Origin: an uncultured virus (IMG/VR IMGVR_UViG_3300031867_000012)
Taxonomy: Duplodnaviria; Heunggongvirae; Uroviricota; Caudoviricetes
Direction: 5' to 3' (one strand)
Length of the DNA stretch: 64,000 bases
Virus record (IMG/VR): IMGVR_UViG_3300031867_000012
Positions 53,330 through 60,873 of the stretch are shown piece by piece; the stretch's first letter is position 1; each line of letters opens with the position of its first letter. The position numbers and the translations under genes were made by a program. The notes under the pieces were generated by a model. The model worked only from the letters and a program-made list of their open reading frames with translations. It was not told where the DNA came from and ran no database searches.

Positions 53330-53781
53330 ATCTCTTCTACTTTTAATCTAACTGTCATTCGATGCCTATCACCTTTTTTATGTATAACTATTTCTTCAAG
53401 AGTTTTATTGTCAAATGAAGTAAAATCTTCATTAAAGAATCTATAATTATCTATAACATATGGGAAACACATATTATATAATTTAATATTATGTTGTATA
53501 CATCCTATTCTTAATGATCCATCATCTTCCCATGTAATTACACCAAAATAATCTATACAATTCTCGTCATAATTCTTATCTTTAAATTTATCTTTTAAAA
53601 GAACATCTTCTTCTATAATAGTTAATTTACAATTAATAACATTTTCTGGTTTCTCCCCATATATATTAGCATGTTTTTTAGATATCCCAAATGCCCTATA
53701 ATAAACTTCACCTGTTTTTGATAACCGTTTTGCACATGTTGTTATTAATGTTGTTCCTATTCTATAATTATCAATCTTCAT
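53326..53781 (-). CDS. hypothetical protein
   Basis: 151-aa ORF. Confidence 0.7.
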   Translation of the reverse strand: MKIDNYRIGTTLITTCAKRLSKTGEVYYRAFGISKKHANIYGEKPENVINCKLTIIEEDVLLKDKFKDKNYDENCIDYFGVITWEDDGSLRIGCIQHNIKLYNMCFPYVIDNYRFFNEDFTSFDNKTLEEIVIHKKGDRHRMTVRLKVEEI

Positions 53782-54367
53782 ACCTATAATGGAAATCTTG
53801 TTTTAAATTATTATATTTATGTAATTCTTCCGATTTATTTGGGAGTTCTTGACATTTTTTAATCCATTCATTTCTTAATGTAAAATTTAATCCTAGACAA
53901 TTAAATATATATAACCCATTAAGTATTTTAATTGCATAAATAGTTTCTGATTCTCCAATACCGTGTTCATAATTAGTTTGAACAAAATGATATAATTGTT
54001 CATCTAACATATCGGCATCATCATCTATTATAACATAGTTTTCTACTTCAGGGTGTTCATTTAGCCATGTTTGTATTTCACCACCTCTACCAGTTCCATA
54101 ATATTTTTTATCTGAAAACCAAGGAGTTACATCATAAAGATTATCAACAAACCATTGTAATATTTTATTTTTTGAACATTTTTTATTTTCATCTAATATA
54201 AACTCTTTTGTGTGTTCAACAGTATTACAACGCCAAGATGATGAAACAACAATCTTAGCTCCTGTTTCATCTACAATTTTTTTAACCCATTTTAATTTCT
54301 TTAGATTAATATACCACTTTGGTGGAATTGTTATAACTCCATCAAAATCAAGAAATATTACTTTCAT
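53771..54367 (-). CDS. HAD phosphatase, Swiss-army-knife RNA-repair-like family (HAD_SAK_2)
   Basis: FLDFDGVI, IVVSSSWR, RGGEIQTWL, YVIIDD. Confidence 0.85.
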   Translation of the reverse strand: MKVIFLDFDGVITIPPKWYINLKKLKWVKKIVDETGAKIVVSSSWRCNTVEHTKEFILDENKKCSKNKILQWFVDNLYDVTPWFSDKKYYGTGRGGEIQTWLNEHPEVENYVIIDDDADMLDEQLYHFVQTNYEHGIGESETIYAIKILNGLYIFNCLGLNFTLRNEWIKKCQELPNKSEELHKYNNLKQDFHYRYED

Positions 54368-54699
54368 AATTGTTTTGCTAATCTATATAAATATTTATTT
54401 CTATATTTATCTTTAATGAATCCTTTACGTTTATACCAATCAAATACAAATGAATCTTTCTCAGCGGTTAAATATATTTTTTGTAATTTAAGATCTTTAG
54501 CCAAGTTTTCGCATTCTTTAAGTAATCTATTACCTAATCCTTTCTTTCTTGCTTTATCAAATACACTTAAATTACTAATCCACCCAAAAGTCTTGTTATC
54601 ATTATCGATCTGTAATGTAATCATACCATTACCATTATCTAATATAATATAGTATGATTCTCCCCAATACCAATAATTATGATGTATTACTTTTTGCAT
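54364..54699 (-). CDS. GNAT-family acetyltransferase
   Basis: LSV...RKKGLGNRLL (motif A), WYKRKGF. Confidence 0.85.
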   Translation of the reverse strand: MQKVIHHNYWYWGESYYIILDNGNGMITLQIDNDNKTFGWISNLSVFDKARKKGLGNRLLKECENLAKDLKLQKIYLTAEKDSFVFDWYKRKGFIKDKYRNKYLYRLAKQL

Positions 54700-54980
54700 T
54701 TCTTAGACCAATAATAAGGGCAATATGGAGTTTTTCTTAAAGCATCTTTATACATTTCAAAAGCTTCTGAAACATTCTCTACTTTATCAAAATATTGATT
54801 TAATGATTCTACAAATTTCTTTTCTGCACTATCTTCAGTTAAATACCAAATATCAACCCAAATATCAGTTTCATACCCAGTACTTGCAGTAATATGAAAC
54901 TTATCAGGTTCTGAATATCCTGTACCACAACTACAATTAGGTACTAAATGCTCTAATAATTCAATTTTTATTATCTTCAT
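54687..54980 (-). CDS. hypothetical protein
   Basis: 97-aa ORF. Confidence 0.6.
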   Translation of the reverse strand: MKIIKIELLEHLVPNCSCGTGYSEPDKFHITASTGYETDIWVDIWYLTEDSAEKKFVESLNQYFDKVENVSEAFEMYKDALRKTPYCPYYWSKKCKK

Positions 54981-55142
54981 AATCTAATTCTTTAGGGTAT
55001 AAATCATATTTTTTCAAACTTTCAAAATATTCTTCTACAGTAGGCCCAACATTATTCCATTTCTTAAGTTCTTCCCATTCTGCATCTAATTCTTCTTGGG
55101 ACATCGAATCAAGGTTTTTCTTAAATTCTTCTAACAATTTAT

Positions 55143-55484
55143 TCATATATTTTCTTCAGTATATGTTATCTTAATCTCTTTTACAATAGCATTAAACTGT
55201 CCATATTCATTTACATATTTTGCATTTCTATCTGCATATTCCTTAATTTGCCATTTCTTTGCAAATCTTTTCTGACGAGTAAATGGCAAATATGAACTTG
55301 ACCAACCTTGATATGGATTCTTGTCCTTACCATATCCTACATACATTTCATTAGCCGATGCCTTAGGATTAAAATAGACTATATCCCCTTTATGAAATAC
55401 TGTTATTTGATCTTCACTCCACCCGGTTTTGAATTCTATATCATCTTTGGCTGTACATTCAATAAAATAAAGTGACTTATTCAT
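55143..55484 (-). CDS. hypothetical protein
   Basis: 113-aa ORF. Confidence 0.65.
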   Translation of the reverse strand: MNKSLYFIECTAKDDIEFKTGWSEDQITVFHKGDIVYFNPKASANEMYVGYGKDKNPYQGWSSSYLPFTRQKRFAKKWQIKEYADRNAKYVNEYGQFNAIVKEIKITYTEENI

Positions 55485-55830
55485 AATTTAATAAAATATT
55501 TAAAATTTTCTTAGCATCTTTAATTGGAAATGAATCACAAAGTTTATTATATAGATAATCTTGTACTTCCTTTTGTGAAATATAATCAGAAATCTCTTTA
55601 ATTTTCTTTTCAGCTTGTTCTTTTTTGAAATTCTTAACTTCATCAGAATCCGGATCCAAAATATCTTCTTCAGTAACAAATTCTCCACCACCATTTTCAG
55701 TAACATATGTAAAGAACATTGTTTCTAAATCTGAATTGTCTTCCTCCTCAATTTTAAGACAAATCTCTTCATGAATAATACCATCAAGATCTTTCCAATA
55801 AAAATTTTCGCCTACTTTTGGTAATTTCAT
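55477..55830 (-). CDS. hypothetical protein
   Basis: 117-aa ORF. Confidence 0.65.
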   Translation of the reverse strand: MKLPKVGENFYWKDLDGIIHEEICLKIEEEDNSDLETMFFTYVTENGGGEFVTEEDILDPDSDEVKNFKKEQAEKKIKEISDYISQKEVQDYLYNKLCDSFPIKDAKKILNILLNYE

Positions 55831-55831
55831 A

Positions 55832-56260
55832 TTATATATTATTTAAATCTTCATCGTTTGGTTCTCTAATATCATCAACAAGATCTTTAAGATATTCAAT
55901 TGTCTTATTTGCCCATAACTTAGTTATATTCAAATCTCCTTTTCGAATAGAATGTTCAGCACCAATAATTGCCATATAATTCAATGTTTGATAATAAAGT
56001 GTTCCCCATGTTGTTGAATTAGGAGAATCATCATCTAAATTAAGTTTATAAATCTTAGGCAATTGAACTTCCTTAAGCCAATTAATAGCTTCAAGAGCCA
56101 GTGATTTTGCTTGGTCTACATTAAAATTCTCTAAATCATATAATGTATGGATATTATTATGATCCCGAGCATATTTATTAAATCTAAGATAGTCATAAAT
56201 AGTATAAAATAAATCTCCATCTATGACAAAATTATAAAATACCTTATTCTGCTTTAACAT
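55832..56260 (-). CDS. hypothetical protein
   Basis: 142-aa ORF. Confidence 0.7.
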   Translation of the reverse strand: MLKQNKVFYNFVIDGDLFYTIYDYLRFNKYARDHNNIHTLYDLENFNVDQAKSLALEAINWLKEVQLPKIYKLNLDDDSPNSTTWGTLYYQTLNYMAIIGAEHSIRKGDLNITKLWANKTIEYLKDLVDDIREPNDEDLNNI

Positions 56261-56860
56261 ATTTATTTTAATATTTTAAAACTTTAAATTGATTAAAATA
56301 CTTACTATAATTATTTATAATTTCAAAATACTCATCTTCAGTCAAATGTGCATCATTCATTGCCGCTTTAGCCTCCATAATCATATTATATCGACCACTC
56401 ATTTGAACTCTATAATAAGAGAAAAATTTTGCTTTTGTAATCATAATTTATTTATCGTTTAAAGGTGAAAGAAGTTCTCTAATTAAATCAAATGTATCAA
56501 ACACTCCTAAATTTCTATAAACATCTTTAATATGATTAGGATTATAGTTTGATATAACAGTAATCTCAAAATCTGTATGAGGATATTTAGAAATCAAAAG
56601 AGAAATATACTTTCCTTCTTCTTTCCAAAAGAATGAATTTTTACTTTCATATATTTCTTGGAGTCTTTCTAATGTAATCATAATCTATTATATAACCTTA
56701 TGATAAACAATTCTTGAATTACATACAGGACAATCAATAGCCCTATTCAAATTACCAAAGCCGACAGCATAAGTATCTTCTTTATCAAATGAAAACTTAC
56801 AACCACACGTTTCACATTTAATAACGAAATTTGGTTTCTTTAATATTTTTATTGCCATAT

Positions 56861-57205
56861 TTAATCCTCCTTAATGATTATCAATTTTACAAACTTACCA
56901 TCATCTTGTGGTTGGCAACCCATAGATAAGCATTTGATACGTAAGTAATCATCTCCATTCTCTAACTGACCATCAACAGCCTCTTTCATTATTTGCTTTT
57001 CCTTCCAGTTAGCACCTTTCTTAAAACCATCCATAAATGTATCATTTGGTTCATAATACTGATGTGCCACCTCTTCTAAATTATCGCTTACCGGCTCTTC
57101 TTGCAAGGAGTCAATAAATTCAGCAACCATCAATAGATAATAATTTTTTGGGTATTTTTCCAATAACTTATCTATATATGCCATTATTTTCTCTTTTTCT
57201 GCCAT
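56861..57205 (-). CDS. hypothetical protein
   Basis: IDSLQEEPVS...GANW motif; start placed at ATG 57205. Confidence 0.65.
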   Translation of the reverse strand: MAEKEKIMAYIDKLLEKYPKNYYLLMVAEFIDSLQEEPVSDNLEEVAHQYYEPNDTFMDGFKKGANWKEKQIMKEAVDGQLENGDDYLRIKCLSMGCQPQDDGKFVKLIIIKED

Positions 57206-57386
57206 ACCTCTTCTCAATATCTAATACTATAAAATAACCAAAATCCTAAATCAAATACTACATTAATTCCAAATGCTATAGATAATGGAATACCTAACAA
57301 ATGTAGAATAAACCAAAGTGAAAACATTAAGATAGTAACAGGTGCAGCCCACCATATATAATCATCTTTCTTTTGTTTCATTATCT

Positions 57387-57734
57387 TTATATTTCTTCAA
57401 CTTTGAAAAATTTAATCCAATCAATATTTCCACACCCATAAGGAGTAAAACGAAGGAAGAATTCTTTAACTAAATTCACATCTTCAACTTTGTAACCAAA
57501 ATTTTCATCCATTTGTTTGCAAAGTTTCCATGTATCAAGAACATAATGATTACCATCCCATTTATCGGGAAGTCTATCAAACCAATTCCAAGGTTTATTA
57601 CCAGAATTCTTATTAATCATTTCAGCAAGATTTGAAAACTTAGTAAGGTCATTCAATGTAATATCATTTGTAATTATAGGAGATCCACCTTCCCAATTAC
57701 TTGTCTTAATTTGGATTTGAAATTTTGTATTCAT
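57387..57734 (-). CDS. hypothetical protein
   Basis: 115-aa ORF after a promoter. Confidence 0.7.
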   Translation of the reverse strand: MNTKFQIQIKTSNWEGGSPIITNDITLNDLTKFSNLAEMINKNSGNKPWNWFDRLPDKWDGNHYVLDTWKLCKQMDENFGYKVEDVNLVKEFFLRFTPYGCGNIDWIKFFKVEEI

Positions 57735-57756
57735 ATTATCTAATTTTTACATTATA

Positions 57757-57784
57757 AATATAGTATATTATATAAAAAATTCAA
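57757..57784 (-). promoter_or_regulatory. putative phage promoter
   Basis: TTGAAT-N16-TATATT. Confidence 0.7.
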
Positions 57785-57800
57785 TATTTTATAAACAAAA

Positions 57801-57834
57801 AATGAGACTTCTAAAATAAATTAGAAATCTCATT
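57801..57834 (-). terminator. terminator ending the tRNA array
   Basis: AATGAGATTTCTAA/TTAGAAGTCTCATT plus T run on the minus strand. Confidence 0.65.
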
Positions 57835-57837
57835 ATG

Positions 57838-57912
57838 AGCGGGCAACGGGATTCCAACCCGCCTTATTTCACATTGGAAGTGTGATGCCATAAGCAACTA
57901 GGCGATGCCCGC
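57838..57912 (-). tRNA. tRNA-Gly(TCC)
   Basis: GCGGGCA/TGCCCGC acceptor, TCACA-CT TCC AA-TGTGA arm; T-loop is TTGGAAT (non-canonical C56G). Confidence 0.85.
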
Positions 57913-57937
57913 ATTTACTGATACAACAAAATTAAAG

Positions 57938-58016
57938 TGGATGCAATAGGATTCGAACCTATGTTTATTTCTTTTATAAAAAAAGACTATACCCAAAGTA
58001 TACCTTACACGCATCC
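57938..58016 (-). tRNA. non-canonical tRNA-like RNA with TTA at the anticodon position
   Basis: GGATGCG/TGCATCC acceptor, ATAGG-TTCGAAT-CCTAT T arm, TCTTT-TT TTA TA-AAAGA arm, aberrant D region. Confidence 0.6.
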
Positions 58017-58028
58017 ATTAAAAAATAA

Positions 58029-58170
58029 AACTAAAGAATATTTATAAACAGCTAAATTTATAATAAAACATTTCAAGTGTTTCGCGTATACCATTTCGCC
58101 ATTCGGGGAACATCCCCAAATCTGGAATCGAACCAGAATATCGATGAAACTGTTTATATGACTATTAGTT
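58029..58170 (-). ncRNA. circularly permuted tRNA-like RNA (UGA anticodon) enclosed by a conserved stem module
   Basis: 5'->3' order: T arm, acceptor 3' strand TTTGGGGA, TGTT linker, CCCCGAA, D arm GCG-AAATGGTATA-CGC, AAACA-CT TGA AA-TGTTT; flanks pair with each other. Confidence 0.8.
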
Positions 58171-58213
58171 TTTTACCATTTGATAATTTTATATTATCAA
58201 TAAAATTATTTAG

Positions 58214-58353
58214 TGGCCGAGGCTGGACTTGAACCAACAATCTTTAATTTCCAAATAATTAACGTGTTTACCTTCGAAGTACCTCTACATCATGACTACG
58301 TTTTAACGAGGAAGTAGACGAGAGCTAATTTCTTTTAATTTCACTACTCGGCC
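58214..58353 (-). tRNA. tRNA with TTG (Gln) anticodon and a ~63-nt insertion in the D-loop
   Basis: GGCCGAG/CTCGGCC acceptor, GTG-AAATT[insert]GGTAAA-CAC, TAATT-AT TTG GA-AATTA, GTTGG-TTCAAGT-CCAGC. Confidence 0.75.
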
Positions 58354-58361
58354 AAATTTAA

Positions 58362-58802
58362 TTACTTAATATTTTCTTTTTCAAAAATATACTTAATAAC
58401 TGAATCCCAATTTGGGAATTTATTTGAATGAATCTGAATATGTTCTCCAGTAAAATTACCAGCTCCATTCTTTATAGAATCATCAATCAAATAATCACCA
58501 ATATTAAGATCTTTATGGTGGCTAAAAATAACATTCTTATATGCATTAGGCAAATATCTCTTAACCCATACAAGTTTTTCCATCAAAGCATTAGGATTAC
58601 TCCAAGGAGAAGTTGAAAGAATATAAACATCAAAATATTTCTCCAATTCATTATAAGATTCAATAGCACCTTCCATAGGTTTCAAATCTCTAAAAAATCC
58701 AATAATGTGTTTTGCATCTTTTGGGTCAACATTAAGTTCTTTAGCAGCACCCAAATAATCGGACATTGTATTGTCCAAATCAATATAAATTATTTTCTTC
58801 AT
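58362..58802 (-). CDS. 5'(3')-deoxyribonucleotidase (NT5C, HAD)
   Basis: YIDLDNT, FFRDLKPMEGA, EKLVW, GDYLIDD. Confidence 0.88.
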   Translation of the reverse strand: MKKIIYIDLDNTMSDYLGAAKELNVDPKDAKHIIGFFRDLKPMEGAIESYNELEKYFDVYILSTSPWSNPNALMEKLVWVKRYLPNAYKNVIFSHHKDLNIGDYLIDDSIKNGAGNFTGEHIQIHSNKFPNWDSVIKYIFEKENIK

Positions 58803-58810
58803 ACAAATAT

Positions 58811-58838
58811 AATATAGTAAATTGAATTAAAAATTCAA
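58811..58838 (-). promoter_or_regulatory. putative phage promoter
   Basis: TTGAAT-N16-TATATT. Confidence 0.7.
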
Positions 58839-58911
58839 TTGTACAGATGTAAATTTTACATTTACAATAGACATTATCTATAAAAATTCAATAATAAATA
58901 AAAATAATTTA

Positions 58912-60009
58912 TTATTTAATAAATTCTAAAAATTTATCTATTTTTTCTTTCATTTTTAAAGAACCTTGTTTAGAATTAATTTCATTCCAATCGATTCTAT
59001 AAACTTCAATTCCATTTTCTTTTATATATTGATCTCTTATAATATCCTTTTCTTTACGATCTTTATATTTATGTTGTTTACCATCAATTTCAAGATCAAT
59101 TTTTCTATTATTAATTTCAATATAAAAATCTAAAAAATATCTTTCACCTTTACCTAAATTACCATATTCAAATACTTTTTCTCTAATATAAGGTATATTA
59201 TTATTATCTAAAACTTGTTTCCAAAATTTTTCAGCATAACTTGTAATATTTCTGGATTTCCATCCTTGAAATCTACCTTCTTTAATTACTTTATTTATAG
59301 ATTCTTTTGATTTTATTGATATAAGTTTTTTATGACATTCATCACAACAAGTAGTACCTCCACCAACTTTACCAGATTTAATTATTCTTGCATAAAATTC
59401 TTTATTACAAATAGCACAATTATGTTTATGCAAATGAATAATATTAATTAATTCATCTTTATAATCATAATTATCTAAATTTAAAATTTTACCAGCATTA
59501 ATTAATTCAGAAATTAATTTATAATTTTTTTTATTAAAATAATTTAATTTTTCTTCTTCTGATAAATATTTAGATTTAGATATATATTGTTCTTTATTTT
59601 TTCCTGTATATTGGTTATGTGGAATATATGTACCATTTTTTAAAGATTTATATATTCCTTGTGAAATTTTTTCTTTTGTTTCTTGAGAATGTACTCTTGA
59701 ATGAGCACATTTACTTGAGCAACATTTAGGATATAAACCTTTATTAAATTGATTATCCGTTAAATCCAATATATATTCTTTTCCACATTTTTTACAAATC
59801 AATTTTCTAAGTTTTTTAGATTTTTCATCAATTTTATTTAATTGTTTAGATTTATCAATACGATTTTTTGTAGCTCTTTCTGAAGCTAATTTTTGTATTG
59901 ATTTATCTCTTTCTTCATTATAATTTGGATTTAATTTACAATGACTCATATGACCCATTAATCCAAATTGATTATTAAATTCCTTTCCACAATATTTACA
60001 ACAACACAT
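58912..60009 (-). CDS. free-standing homing-endonuclease-like protein (zinc fingers, NUMOD3, DUF559/Vsr-like nuclease)
   Basis: CKYC...H...HC, HSQETKEKIS, SYAEK...YFLDFY...EIDGKQH...RD...YRI. Confidence 0.8.
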   Translation of the reverse strand: MCCCKYCGKEFNNQFGLMGHMSHCKLNPNYNEERDKSIQKLASERATKNRIDKSKQLNKIDEKSKKLRKLICKKCGKEYILDLTDNQFNKGLYPKCCSSKCAHSRVHSQETKEKISQGIYKSLKNGTYIPHNQYTGKNKEQYISKSKYLSEEEKLNYFNKKNYKLISELINAGKILNLDNYDYKDELINIIHLHKHNCAICNKEFYARIIKSGKVGGGTTCCDECHKKLISIKSKESINKVIKEGRFQGWKSRNITSYAEKFWKQVLDNNNIPYIREKVFEYGNLGKGERYFLDFYIEINNRKIDLEIDGKQHKYKDRKEKDIIRDQYIKENGIEVYRIDWNEINSKQGSLKMKEKIDKFLEFIK

Positions 60010-60085
60010 ATTAATATTATTATCTTTATTTAAAAATAAACATTTTGTGTAGGAATAGATAAATTTGAACCAACAAAAATTTACG

Positions 60086-60158
60086 TCGGGGTAACCGTAC
60101 TCGAAACGATTCCACTTGGTCCCAAACCAAGTATGCTACCATTAAACACCATACCCCG
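60086..60158 (-). tRNA. tRNA-Pro(TGG)
   Basis: CGGGGTA/TACCCCG acceptor, CTTGG-TT TGG GA-CCAAG. Confidence 0.9.
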
Positions 60159-60161
60159 AGT

Positions 60162-60257
60162 TATTTCAAAGAAAATGTTAATACTAAAAATCTTAAATGT
60201 TAAAAAATCCTTATTTATCAAAATTATCGAAGTAAGTATTAACTGACTATTGAAATA
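60162..60257 (-). ncRNA. free-standing copy of the conserved stem module
   Basis: TATTTCAA-TAGTCA-GTTAATACT-TACTTCGA...AGTATTAAC-ATTTTCT-TTGAAATA. Confidence 0.7.
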
Positions 60258-60269
60258 TATTTATAATTT

Positions 60270-60299
60270 AATATAGTATATAATAATAAAATTATTCAA
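60270..60299 (-). promoter_or_regulatory. putative phage promoter driving the module and tRNA-Pro
   Basis: TTGAAT-N18-TATATT. Confidence 0.55.
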
Positions 60300-60322
60300 T
60301 ATTAATATTATATTAAATTTTG

Positions 60323-60403
60323 TACCCCGCATGGGACTCGAACCCACACCTCCGAAGAGCTAGATCCTTAATCTAGTGCGTATACCCATTCCGCCAACGG
60401 GGT
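60323..60403 (-). tRNA. tRNA-Leu(AAG)
   Basis: ACCCCGT/GCGGGGT acceptor, CTAGA-TT AAG GA-TCTAG, long variable arm, A73. Confidence 0.9.
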
Positions 60404-60408
60404 GTAAT

Positions 60409-60591
60409 ATCTCTTAATTCTAACCAATTGAATAATGCTTGTGCACCGGCACTAATCAATGTTTATGGTCCTACTTAAATTGAATAATGTTGCCAGCACA
60501 TGGTCATTATCCTAATTTGTTTCAGCTTGATGAGATCCTTGGTTTAATTGGTAACGATAACTTCCAATCATCAAGTCATTGAATAAGAGAT
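60409..60591 (-). ncRNA. unknown ~183-nt multi-stem RNA
   Basis: Closing stem ATCTCTTA/TAAGAGAT; internal CTTGATGA/TCATCAAG, GGATAATG/CATTATTC, TGTGC-TGGCA/TGCCG-GCACA. Confidence 0.5.
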
Positions 60592-60702
60592 CAATTTGCA
60601 TAGTTATTTTTGTTTTACTAAGTGACGTACGATCTTAATAAAATCTAAATGTAACACTACATTTACGGATCAAACTATTGCATAAACTACGTATCGTATT
60701 TG

Positions 60703-60775
60703 TGGGGCCACCCAGATTCGAACTGGGGTGATGACCTTGTAAGGGTCACATACTCAACCACTATATGATGTCCCC
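60703..60775 (-). tRNA. tRNA-Val(TAC)
   Basis: TGACC-CT TAC AA-GGTCA, CCCAG-TTCGAAT-CTGGG; one acceptor mismatch. Confidence 0.85.
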
Positions 60776-60786
60776 AAATAATTATG

Positions 60787-60867
60787 TGCCCCATGTGGGA
60801 CTCGAACCCACACCCAATTAAGGATAGCTTCTAAGGCTACTGACTATACCAGTTCGTCTAACGGGGC
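60787..60867 (-). tRNA. tRNA-Leu(TAG)
   Basis: GCCCCGT/ATGGGGC acceptor, GTAGC-CT TAG AA-GCTAT, long variable arm. Confidence 0.9.
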
Positions 60868-60873
60868 AAATTG

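Noticed and set aside
57938..58016. tmRNA
   Set aside because: No G3-U70 pair, no tag reading frame, and too short.
58066..58082. UGA anticodon as an opal suppressor or tRNA-Sec
   Set aside because: Anticodon 5'-UGA-3' reads UCA (Ser); Sec or opal suppression needs a UCA anticodon.
58273..58336. Module as a hairpin or hammerhead ribozyme, or a group I intron
   Set aside because: AGUC and AGAA lie on opposite strands, so the hairpin loop A cannot form; there is no CUGAUGA/GAAA core; it is far too short for group I.
60787..60867. tRNA with TAG in the anticodon loop as an amber suppressor
   Set aside because: Anticodon 5'-TAG-3' reads CTA (Leu); an amber suppressor needs a CTA anticodon.
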